A stretch of DNA of 62,539 nucleotides, the filler included, from Platydemus manokwari (lineage: Eukaryota): NCBI GenBank assembly GCA_037951405.1. It is 6 parts of 6 records of this genome, joined end to end, with 100 filler letters (N's around TTAATTAATTAA, not from the genome) between each part and the next. Parts side by side here need not be neighbours in the genome. Positions count along the whole stretch, not along the records: positions 10,099 to 20,265 come from JBBMOY011162213.1; positions 20,366 to 31,025 come from JBBMOY011115552.1; 4 more parts are not named here. One strand, given 5' to 3'. Below, piece after piece: positions 17,170-28,600 of the stretch (position 1 is the stretch's first letter; each line of letters starts with the position of its first letter). The position numbers and the translations under genes were made by a program. The notes beneath the pieces were generated by a model that searched no databases, was not told the DNA's origin, and worked only from the letters and a program-made list of their open reading frames with translations.

Positions 17170-17512
17170 ATGACTGACACGCCATAATTTAAAAGAAAGA
17201 GATCTTGTTATGAAGCTTCCTTCAAGCTTAAAGTCAGAAACTTTGAAGAAGCAAATGGTAACTGGGCTGCTTCCAGAGAATTCACAATTCCGCAGACAAA
17301 TGTCAGGTTGTGGAGAAAGCAGAAAAAATGTCTTATTGAGCTGCCAAAAACTAAAAAAGCTTGCAGGGGCTTTCCAGCCAAGTACCCGGATTTGGAAAAA
17401 GAAAACTTAGGGGAGCGTTATAGTTGGGTATGTCAAAAAAGACCACTTTTTAAATTTAAAAGTAGGGGGAGCATTATACCTGGGTAGGCATTATACTTGG
17501 GTGATTACGGTA
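17170..17512 (+). mobile_element. Internally deleted pogo/Tc2-type DNA transposon: Brinker-like DNA-binding domain relic plus right TIR
   Basis: Frame from 17170 reads MTDTP*FKRKRSCYEASFKLKVRNFEEANGNWAASREFTIPQTNVRLWRKQKKCLIELPKTKKACRGFPAKYPDLEKE, matching the pogo/POGK-type N-terminus. It ends in GCATTATACCTGGGTAGGCATTATACTTGGGTGATTACGG-TA, a Tc2-like terminus with TA target. Confidence 0.8.
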
Positions 17513-19293
17513 GGTAGAGATCCAAAACAGGAGTTGATAAAAAAACGTAACCCGATATGAAAATAAGTAGTCGATTCTATTAGCGGACTTTGTTTGGAAA
17601 AATGTTTTGTGGTGCATGAAGCAAATCATTGCAGAGAGAATTTTCTTGAATTTAAAACAAAAGTTGTCGAGTTTTTTTACCATTAGAATATCTCACTAAG
17701 CAAAACGAATGAAGATTGAGCTGGTACATTCTCATGCAATCACTGAACGATTAAAACCATCAGACACGATATCCGGGAATTTTTCTTTAGAAAAGAAATC
17801 TTTAATTCATATGATACAGAAAATTGCACAAGTCATTGCTTTTGTCAATGATAGCTTGATAAGAAAAAGCAAAAATCAATAATTATATATGATACAACTT
17901 TATTGCAAACTACTGATTATATTGATTAGATGAAGTGTGTTTTATGAAATTACCATGTTGGATTAGAAAGCTAAATTGCAATGGCTTTTCATTTATCAAC
18001 TTTCATTGATCAGGTTGCTCATAAATTGTTGAATGAAATTATTATATTTATAAACTAGCGAAATCGATATGTTGTGCAGAAAATATTTTCTAATATTGAA
18101 GAGATGGAATGTAAAAATTATAATTGATTCATTTCATGATAATATTTCATATTTACTTCCACTCATTTATTGAAAAACGTCGATAAATCAAACATAAAAT
18201 AATCATTGATTTATACCGTCGTCATGAATGGAATAGTGGCTTAGAAAATGTCTTTAAAATCCCATCCAGTTTACAGCTTTTTTATTCATTTAGAAGAACT
18301 TGATTTTTAAAACGAAATAACAGTCAATTAATTTAATAGCTTCAAAAGTTAAGATTTGATTATTGAGACAATTATCGATTTTTTCGTTTTAATTTTATAC
18401 GTTCAAGCAAATATTTTCCTTTCATTTTATATACAAAGTTAGATATGTATTTTATCTTAAAAATGGGCTATATTTTTTGTAAGATTTCATAAAAATATTT
18501 ATAGCTTTTGTGTGTATTAAGTATACAGATGAGAAAGATGGAAGGGTTTTACAATAGATTTATACTGCAAGAAAACATGAATTATTTAGAATTACTAAAA
18601 TGACTTTTAAATTAACTAATACAAGTAATAATACTGAAAATGAATGAATTCCGATATTTATAGTCATTTATATTAAAATATCGATTGACTGTGATAAACC
18701 CTTTTATGTCGAACCTTGATAGTTTCACTCTGGTTATATTGCATCCAGAAAAGTCCACTTCATTGAAATCATTTTATTATTTATCAAATAGTTTTCAAAG
18801 AGAAATGACCATTAATATACCGAAACCGAAGACAAGACATTATAGGAAACCCATAACAAAATAAGAAGACTCTACCATCAAAGTACCGCGAAAATTCGGA
18901 GACAACGTGTAGAATTTTATGAGGTTTTAATTGATTTAATCTATCACCACACATCAAAAACGTTCGCCAATAAGCAGCTTTTCAAATGAATAATTTTTTA
19001 AAGGAATATTTTTTTCTTTTTTCCCGCGCTAATATTTTTCGTCGAAAAATTATTCGTTTTTCATATAACAGAATCAGTGCAGAATCAAAGGATTTTATTC
19101 ATTATAAAAGAGACGGCAAAATATTCCAATCCCTACCAATACTGAAATATCCACTCTATTAATGTTATTGAGGAAAATGATTCCAATAATATTAAAAAAA
19201 ATTATAGTAAAAATATCAATATTAATAAGGATATTAATAAAAATAGCTGAAATATTATTTATTGTTTATTAATAATAAAAAGTGCTAATAATG

Positions 19294-19423
19294 NNNNNNN
19301 NNNNNNNNNNNNNNNNNNNNNNNNNNNNNNNNNNNNNNNNNNNNNNNNNNNNNNNNNNNNNNNNNNNNNNNNNNNNNNNNNNNNNNNNNNNNNNNNNNNN
19401 NNNNNNNNNNNNNNNNNNNNNNN
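19294..19423. other. Scaffold gap (130 N, no spacer motif)
   Basis: Plain N run, unlike the 100-nt spacers. Confidence 0.95.
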
Positions 19424-20265
19424 ATTTAATAGTGGGCTACCTGTTACAATTATGATAGATCAGATTACCAAAAACTGAACTTTTTAAAAATGATTTTAAG
19501 AATTAATCAAGCCAAATAATCCACAAAATCCCAACATTCTTATATTTAATTTAAAAGCGTTGTTCTCCATGAAATCCAATAAACCTTTGATATTTGCTTG
19601 ATTTCATAAAACATTAATTATTGGGTTTCAAGTGAAAATATTTTCCCAATACTCCCCGTTTGACGATAGTAACGATTTCAAAGACTTTAAACAACAAAAA
19701 AACATAATTTTTACTTGGTGTTCGAATGAAAAATATAGCTATGATATACACACATGTATATATATACATAACGCGATTAGTTTATAGTTCAAAATTTTCA
19801 ATAAATAATTCTTTCATTCTCTATAAACTATTCTTAATATTTAGAGACATTTCTAATTGATGTGGCAGAAAATTTAAATACTAGATTACTTGGAATATTT
19901 GTAATATTTATTTAAACATTCGTTGAAAGAAATGATTGATAATAATTTTATTTATAATAAATAATGATGCAGTAACTCGATTAAATGTTAATGTTGATCA
20001 TTTCTGTATTTTCCATTCTGTTTATAATTTTTATCAATCATTGATTTTATTACTGATTTATTTAAACTGTGAATTCTCGAATGAAGTTCATAATATTTTA
20101 AATTTAGAATATCTAGCATAATAAAAAAATACTAAAACATACTGTTTATTTTCTCGCTTTGAATAAATATATATAAAATAATTTGATTAATGAAAATCAT
20201 AATAACAATCTAACATGTACTATTTATGATATCGATAAATTAAAGCTAATAAATAATTCTAATTC

Positions 20266-20365
20266 NNNNNNNNNNNNNNNNNNNNNNNNNNNNNNNNNNN
20301 NNNNNNNNNTTAATTAATTAANNNNNNNNNNNNNNNNNNNNNNNNNNNNNNNNNNNNNNNNNNNN
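20266..20365. other. Artificial contig-joining spacer
   Basis: N44-TTAATTAATTAA-N44. Confidence 0.97.
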
Positions 20366-20441
20366 ATACGACATTATATGCAAGCAATACTCCCAGCGAC
20401 ATCTTTTATCAAATCGAAATTTTAAGGTTATACACCCAATA
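20366..20441 (-). mobile_element. Mariner-like element end (probably 5' TIR), cut by the contig start
   Basis: Minus strand reads TA-TTGGGTGTATAACCTTAAAATTTCGATTTGATAAAAGATGTCGCTG. The TIR is nearly identical to the one at 31172-31198. Confidence 0.7.
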
Positions 20442-22423
20442 GTTTGAATGAAAATATTTTTAATAACAGATCACCAACGTTTTTGATAGAGAAATTTTCA
20501 ATAAATTCTCATCGGCTTATCGTCTTCTTATATTTTCCCATTACATAGAATAAACCGATTACTTATAAATCTTAATTATTTGTATTACTTGATTATATTT
20601 AGTGAGATGTATAATAATTTTTATGAAGTCCATAAATCTGATTTATATTACCCACTGTACTTAGTATGATTCTCTGGGTCATGGTTGACAAATTCTGCTA
20701 ATACATCATTTTAAATGTGGAACTCTTATATTAAGCCGTGTTTATTTGGTTATAAGTAACATTTTCTGTAGATTTCTCATTGATCCTTAGGTGTTAAGAA
20801 CAAAAAGTAGTATTTCACCTACTATTATAATTTATTTTTTTATTTATAATTTTTATAATTAGAACAATAATAATGATTATAGTTACCGAATTCCACTCTA
20901 ATTGAGAAATGTTGATTAATAATAATTATTATTATTATTGTAGTTAATATTATTGTTAATAATTTTTAAAATTACCAAAGATATGAGTTGAAAAAAAACA
21001 GAAGGCAAGGAATAACAAAGTTAAATGAAGTAGTGATAGATTCGAATCCATCTGTAACTCAACTACGAAATGCTGGAATCGAGGTCCTTTCCTATACTAA
21101 TCAGTTGAAATGATTTCATAAATGTGATATTATCTTGTATTATTTTCTTCTTTTTCAAGAAATTTCTTTTAAAACTCAGAGACACTGAATAACCTTATCT
21201 TTCAAGCATACTGAAATTTTCAAATACATTTTAAATCCCTAGATATTATGGCATCTTGATTAGAAGGGGTTTGTAAAATGTAATTTTGTTTGTTGAACGG
21301 CTTAGAAAACAATTTCCGTTTTAGTAAATGACAGAGTAAATTATTCTTAAAATGCGGTCAAATGTCGGCATATGGTGTTTAAAATTTCTTGTTTCTGTAA
21401 GAGTTGTTTAAATTAAGTGTTATATATATATTGCCTTTTTAATTCACTTTCTGATATTTCCGAAAATATGGATATAAAATATATTCTCATTAAATTTGAT
21501 TTCTTTTTTGAGTCACATTCATTGTCGATATATGCCGTGAATGACTAAAACAAAGATATTTGTGTAACTTTTTGATGTTTCCTTTCTGTCCTATTTCCCT
21601 CATTCTGATGATCTTGCCCTTTGATCGGTCAATATTTATAATCCACGACAATATTTAAACATCACGACATTTAAACAACAAAATCACAATAACAGCTGTA
21701 AAGCCTCGCAATTATTTAGAGAAAGAAAACAATCAATTAAAATTTTAAACGATAAAATTTCTTTTGGAAACTATTTTTGACAAAAAACGTTTCAACAATG
21801 TTATTCAATGCGCAAATTTAAAAATAAATTTATCATTGTACAATGGAAAAGCTGATTTTTAAATAATGGTTGATTTTTCCGTTCGAAGAATAATGCATTC
21901 AATGTGTTTTCGCAAGCAAATGATTTGATATTTCTCAACAATTTGATTGCATTAATCCAAATTTTCTTTAATTTTAGTAATGCAAGCTCCCATTCTTGGA
22001 ATGAAATAAACCATAAAAATAATATTTTATAAAAAGGATATTTTATCATTTTGAATCGATGTTTGAGAAATTAAATATATTTTTATATAACTCTAATAAT
22101 AATTATAATGACATTAATAATTTTTCTGTCTTTGTTGTGGGTATTTTTCTTCTTTCCAAGTTCAGTACAGTATTAGGATTTCTGGACAAACTGAATTTCA
22201 AGGAAACTAGCTGCCTAATGTAATTCTATAATAAAGAAGTTCGTAATTATAATCTTATTTCAGACATAGGATAAATATAGGCATTTCTTGAAGATTAATA
22301 AAATCTTACATTCTTATTAATAACCTGCACAACGATTGAATAATCGAAGTACAACTTTGGGATGGTTATAACAATTCATCTAAATACTTAACACAAGAAT
22401 TAATAAAATAATATATTTTTTCA

Positions 22424-25141
22424 TCACATTACAGAAACTTGACCATTTAAGTTAACCTGGCGACGAGCTTTCCCAAGAGAAACTCCTCTAGTCTCCCGTC
22501 CGAATCGTAAAGTATTTTGAGTAGACCCGAGACTTCGTTTATCATTTCGAACTGTAATTATCAGAGCACATTTTCCTGAATTAGTAAGAAATGGTTTGAG
22601 TAAATGAGTCAATTTGGTATCTCGATATGATACTGTATTTGGATCTTGTTTACGTAGACTGACAAATACCCTATTAAAAGCTGTTAATGATCTATTAATA
22701 TAACCAGCTTCTTTGCTGAGTATTTTATTAGTTTGCGTTTCAGCTTTTATTATATCTTCAAAACCAGCCAAATCACAAAGGCAAAGAAAACTGCAAATAT
22801 TTTCACCATGTATTTTACTTCTGCCTTGCAATCTTATAAGAGTTATCAAATGCGATCGTGATGATGCAGGGTTAAGAGCAGTTCTTGCTACTTTGCGTTT
22901 CACTCTACAAACCTGCATTAAAGCCTCTGCATCAGCTTCATTTGTTATTGGAACACTTTTTAACTTTTGATATGCTGTTTCCATTCCATTGTCAACGTAT
23001 AATTGAATATTAGTTTCTCCTGACAAAACATCTATGCAATTATCGTTATATATTTCCACAACACAAGCAGTAATTTTATACTCACAATCTCTCTGCCGCA
23101 GTCGTTCTTCCATTAATATAGTGGTAAGTGCCCTTTGCATAAGACCTTGTTGATTTGATCCATCATTTCCCCCAATGAGAGTAAAAGTCTTTCCACTAGC
23201 CTCACCACCGTAAGTGATGAAGCATACATTGTATCCATCAATGAAAGACATAACCAATGGACGAAATTCTTCATATAAGTCAGATTGTGACATTCCTGGA
23301 TGAAACACTTTATCAAATTCAAATCTTTCGTTCGGTGCTATTGTTAAAGATATTGTTTCATTGCCAATAAATTCCAAAATACTTCCACCATCTGAAACGT
23401 GACGACAGCGACAATAAACACGAATATTTCCCATTTGTTCCTGCATCAGGTTATAGGCATGTCTACGTTTCTTTTCTTCTTTTTTCAATTTTAATTTCAA
23501 TTCTTCAACTTGTCTTGAAAGTGTAACCATTTTAATTTTTTGTTCATCTGAAAATGTTTTTTCATTATTTTGATTGATAAGTAAAGCTATATGACTTTTA
23601 AGAGAAGTGAAAACACAGCATAATTGTTTTCTTAAATATTCTATTTCGTCTCTGGTTTCAGAATGGAGTTGTCTGATGATAGCAAGATAGTGCTTAATTT
23701 TATAAAAAATTGACTCCATGTTTTTATCATTCATATAAAAGTGAACTAGATTTGTTTGTGTCACACAGTCTATAGTTAATGAGTTATTTACATTTGATGG
23801 ATTCGATTTCATAATGAGAGAAATTCTGCTTTCGGCAAATGGAGTAAATTCAGTATCTACCATATTGACACCATCCATTGCTATAGTTTGCTTGGTCAAA
23901 TTATTACTTCCCAGGTAATGATTTGCATTCGAATTTAAAGCTTTAACAATTTCATTAGATCTGTCAACTGAATCGTTCGATACTACTTGACTATTAACAG
24001 ATAACGAAGATGGTGTACGAGTTGATATGTGCGGCATATTATGAATAGAATTATTTATATTGATATTGTTGGTAGGCATTATTTCTTCAATTATGGATCG
24101 AAGACCTTTTGTTATTTTAAAATATTTGATACAGGCAGTCTGATCATAGCCAAAATGACGTAATTCAGCTGCAACTTCCAAAGGGTCACACAAAAATGGA
24201 CAATCGTTTAAAATATTTTCAATTTTCAATTGGATTTTTGGCAACAACAATTCAATTGCTAAAGGAATTTGCAATTGTTTCATTTTCGGTAGTTTAAACT
24301 TTTTCAGATCAACAGTCACAAGAGATATATTGTGCGATATCATCGGTTGTTGATGAACTTCTTCCAACACTTCTATCATCAGATTGTTTTCCAATTTTAC
24401 AATGCTATCAAATAATTTACAATTGGTAAAAAACTTTTTTTCATCAGTATGTTGGGAAATTTGTTTAATTTTTTCTCCTAATTTTTTAGCGGGATTAATA
24501 ATATTTCGTACTCCCCATGGAAGAAGCGAAGAAGAAATTTGAGACATATTCTCACTTCTTTTATTTGTTATTTCATACTCTGTTATACTTTTTGACTTGT
24601 TAAGTTTAATTTGTTTCATTGCAATTATAGTTTGAACTGCTACATCGACGAGACAGTCATCAGTTGAACTGAAAAAATCAGCTTTGTTTTCACATTGAAT
24701 ACCACTAGATGAAAATTGCCGAGTTGTATCATTGTTACACAGTGGGGAAATTTTACAATCATCACCAGAATTTTTAACACTGGAAGCGAAATTATCAAAA
24801 AATTGAGAATACTCTTCATATAATTTGTGAAAAGAATTTAATAACCTAATAATTCTACCGCTTTTTCCTCCATGAGATATGATCAAGTTTCTTTTTGAAC
24901 CATTTTCTGTACAGTTAGTGAAATTTAAATATTTTTGCCAATCTTTAGGAGATATGAAACTTATTGGCAATTTTTTATTTAAAAGTCGGTTATTTGAAAG
25001 TTTCGGCTTATCTATGTCTTTCGAGATTGTTTCAAATAATTCAGATTTTGACTTGTTACCTGAGTTTACTGTTGGGGGTAAGTTTGATAATGGTATATTT
25101 TTGATTATATTCTCTTCATCTATAATCCAATTATAATCCAT
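22424..25141 (-). CDS. Kinesin-14 family (C-terminal motor, KIFC-like) protein, single coding exon, 905 aa
   Basis: Coiled coil, then the kinesin-14 neck 'GNIRVYCRCR', 'FEFDKVF', P-loop 'YGGEASGKTFT', 'VEIYND', switch I 'SSRSH', switch II 'DLAGFE', 'INRSL', and 'YRDTKLTHLL'. The motor domain is at the C-terminus. Confidence 0.93.
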   Translation of the reverse strand: MDYNWIIDEENIIKNIPLSNLPPTVNSGNKSKSELFETISKDIDKPKLSNNRLLNKKLPISFISPKDWQKYLNFTNCTENGSKRNLIISHGGKSGRIIRLLNSFHKLYEEYSQFFDNFASSVKNSGDDCKISPLCNNDTTRQFSSSGIQCENKADFFSSTDDCLVDVAVQTIIAMKQIKLNKSKSITEYEITNKRSENMSQISSSLLPWGVRNIINPAKKLGEKIKQISQHTDEKKFFTNCKLFDSIVKLENNLMIEVLEEVHQQPMISHNISLVTVDLKKFKLPKMKQLQIPLAIELLLPKIQLKIENILNDCPFLCDPLEVAAELRHFGYDQTACIKYFKITKGLRSIIEEIMPTNNININNSIHNMPHISTRTPSSLSVNSQVVSNDSVDRSNEIVKALNSNANHYLGSNNLTKQTIAMDGVNMVDTEFTPFAESRISLIMKSNPSNVNNSLTIDCVTQTNLVHFYMNDKNMESIFYKIKHYLAIIRQLHSETRDEIEYLRKQLCCVFTSLKSHIALLINQNNEKTFSDEQKIKMVTLSRQVEELKLKLKKEEKKRRHAYNLMQEQMGNIRVYCRCRHVSDGGSILEFIGNETISLTIAPNERFEFDKVFHPGMSQSDLYEEFRPLVMSFIDGYNVCFITYGGEASGKTFTLIGGNDGSNQQGLMQRALTTILMEERLRQRDCEYKITACVVEIYNDNCIDVLSGETNIQLYVDNGMETAYQKLKSVPITNEADAEALMQVCRVKRKVARTALNPASSRSHLITLIRLQGRSKIHGENICSFLCLCDLAGFEDIIKAETQTNKILSKEAGYINRSLTAFNRVFVSLRKQDPNTVSYRDTKLTHLLKPFLTNSGKCALIITVRNDKRSLGSTQNTLRFGRETRGVSLGKARRQVNLNGQVSVM

Positions 25142-25673
25142 CAGACTTTGATTTAAATTAAAGTAATTAATGTTAGCGGAAAATAATATATTGATAATTA
25201 ATCATATTATATAATTAAAATTCAAATATTATAATCAATTTACATAATACAATTTAAATAAATTTATTATTATACTTTTGAATTATCAAAAATTGATTAT
25301 ATAACATTTAAAAAGTTAATTTTATTGAAATTGTGTAAATTTAATGTATTAATGTACGATTTGAAAGTTTTTTCTAATGGAATTTTCTTTTTATTTTAGT
25401 TTTTTCATCATTTGAATAGTTCAGAATTTTTAAAGTCTAGGAGCAAAATTTACAAAATGAAAATTATTTATTATTTCATATTAATATTCATATTTGTTTA
25501 AATAACCTAAATTTTATTTTAAAAGCCAAAACTATCTGAATTTTAACCCCATTTTAAGTGTAATTTTTGATCTCTTTTTAAAATTAATTTACGTTTATTA
25601 AAATATATGTAGTTTAAATTTTGAAATAACCTATTATAGATTATTTTTTTATTTCAGACATTGCCATTTGTTT

Positions 25674-28600
25674 ATGAGCAATTTGGTTACTCCAATGCTT
25701 ACATCTGTAGATAAATCTCCAATTGTTGACTTTTATCCTTCTACAATATGTTTTTCTAATTCAACATGTGCAATTATTAGTTCTAGCAAAGAACATCAGA
25801 TATGTTTAAATGAAACCCCTGTTTGGGATGATTTAGAAAAATTAGTTAATCGAAATTCAAAATATTATACAAGTACTATATCTAATAAAGAACGAACTAG
25901 CTGCACTAAAAAGAATATAAATAATAATCTGTTTTCTAATGAAACAAATAAAAATCTTGAATCTAAAGTTGGTCCACCGGATAATGATATTAATATGAGT
26001 GATAACTTACATTTGGTTGAATTCAGTGATTTATCAGATGGTAATAAGTATAACGAAAAATTATGGAATACCTCAAATAGTGAGAATAATTCATGTGCAA
26101 AGGCATGTGTAAATGTTAATATGGGCTATAACGAAGGAGTAAGCAGAATAAATTTTTTATTTTGAATAGAAACAATTATTATTTACCAAATTATGCATTT
26201 TTAGAGCTCCATGGAATCAGTTGTCAGTAATATTAAAATGAAAGAGAAGAATAATTTTCCACTAATGAATTATCCCGTGACAGAAAATATAAATGTCAAG
26301 TCACCCGATGTAAAATTAAATATACCTAAACCAGACACAAATTCTAATCAATCAATTGCATCACTTAGTCCACAAAATTCACGGAATATTAATCAAGTTA
26401 AAACGTTTAAGAACAATTCAAAAACTGGTCATTCTCGATTATGGGGTAGCTGTGGATCTGCCGGAACTCTCCAGTTAAATTTCGACATCAAAAATCTAAC
26501 CGATCCTCCAGTGACATTTGATTATAAACCTCGTAGCCAAAGCAATGTTTTTGGAGATTCTATTTTGTTACCAGAAACGGAAATCAGAAATCGATCTTAC
26601 GTAAATAATACCAATAAGTTAAAGCGGATTTCTCAAGTGTCTTTTGAAGCCGAATTCGATTCCGAAGGTCGAACACATGAACAAATAAGTATCGATTTTC
26701 GCAAATTGGATCCTTATGTTATTGCCGTAGGGAATATTTCGTGAAATTGAATTTAAATTGAGGAATTATTGTTTCAGGGTCAAATTACCTTCATTGAATT
26801 ATCATTCTTTAAAGCTATCAAGGCAGAGGTAATTTTTTAATTATCAATATAATTACATTAATATTAAATCCTTCATAATATTTTTATTAATAACCTTATA
26901 TGTTAGACATTTTTAGCTTATTTAAACGTATTTTATTAATCTTAATAAACTGGAATCGTATTTTGTCTTGACATGTGGTTTATTTTCTATCAGATATTTT
27001 TAGAATATTGATTTAAATGATGAAGAATTCTGATTGGACAATTTAGTAGCCAATGTGATTCAATTATCGATTGTATCTTGGATAATAATTATTTGAGCGA
27101 TGTAAACGTATTCATGATATTAATGACCTCAAATTCATATTGAACTCAAGCTAATATTAAAAAATGTAAAAATGTTTCGTTGAAAAATTTTTTAACCACA
27201 TTATTAAAATGCAGTTATTTGATGACATAATCTGATTATTATATTGATAAATTGAAAGAAATTTGGTATTCATCATATCTAAGCAAATATTTTATCTTAT
27301 GTATGATGAATTGTAATTTAATTTTTTGATAATTTGGATTTTCCATTTAATTTGGAAATAAATGTATAATTAGATCAATATTTGATCACATATATATCAA
27401 GTCGGCATGATGATCCAAAGAGATTTGGTGAATAATATCCATTAATGGAACAAATCGTTTGCATGGAATAACATATTCGATAATTGTAAACCTAAATTAC
27501 TGACAATAAGGCTATGCACATAATGTATTTACGCTGATACGGCAATCGAGCACCAAAGGAAATTTTTTGAAATTGCTACCCACACACACACACAAACACC
27601 GACGGAGAATGACTCATCAATATTTCTAGATGTTAGTTCTACTGAATGATTTGGCTTGATTGTGGCAGAAAATTTTATAGAGGTATTCCAATGAATTTTC
27701 AATAGTTTGACTCATTTGTAATAAATGCCGTTTCAGAAATCACGGATTTTAGGTGTAAAATAGATATATAATCACGTTTTGCTCTTGCTTTTGCATTTGA
27801 TTTTCCGAATTATTGATTGTCTTATTTAACCGGATAGAATGTCTCAGAGTTAAAATGAAAATTAGATTAATTTCTTACAATTTATCATCAAACGAAACAC
27901 TTAGATTTGTGATAATTTATTTATTATTTCATTAATGCATGTATTAATTAGTTATTATTAATTATTTATCTTTAAATGTCACAGGAATTTATGTCTTTCA
28001 AGTGGACCGCTTTGTCCAAACACACCCACGCGCCAGCAATTGTTGCATCTACTCGTTGGTTCAATCAATTGAATTTCTGGGCTCAAAGAATCATACTCGA
28101 ATGCACAGACGTCGCTCGTCGTTCAGAAATGCTATCTTATCTTATTCGGATTATTAAAGTGAGAGTTTTTTTTTTATAAAAAATCATGATATTATTAATG
28201 ATCTTTAATATTAATCCTATGATTATATGAAATTAAATATTGCATTATGCATATTAATTATCAAGTCTCTATTTCATGTTTCCAGACACACACACAACCA
28301 CGTGCACCTATTTTTGCTAGCCATCGTGTTGATGATTAATTACGCATTCCTCATTCCTGGCTCTGTAGGTGTGTGCCATTTTGTCTATATTTTAGATCTA
28401 CGAACATTTTTTCTATAATTCTTATAGCTGTATTCCGACTGTACAACTTTGTGTTTTTTTTGCAAATTGATTTATCAATTGCATGACTGTGCATCTACCA
28501 TTTGTAATGTTCCATGAAATGTAATCCCAAATTGAATTTTTCCAATTGACAATCTTTGAACAACTAGTTGACATTTATTTCACATTATCAATTCGATATT

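Noticed and set aside
22713-25136. Short ORFs 22713-22970 (+), 23113-23322 (-) and 24879-25136 (+)
   Set aside because: Antisense or off-frame shadows of the kinesin CDS.
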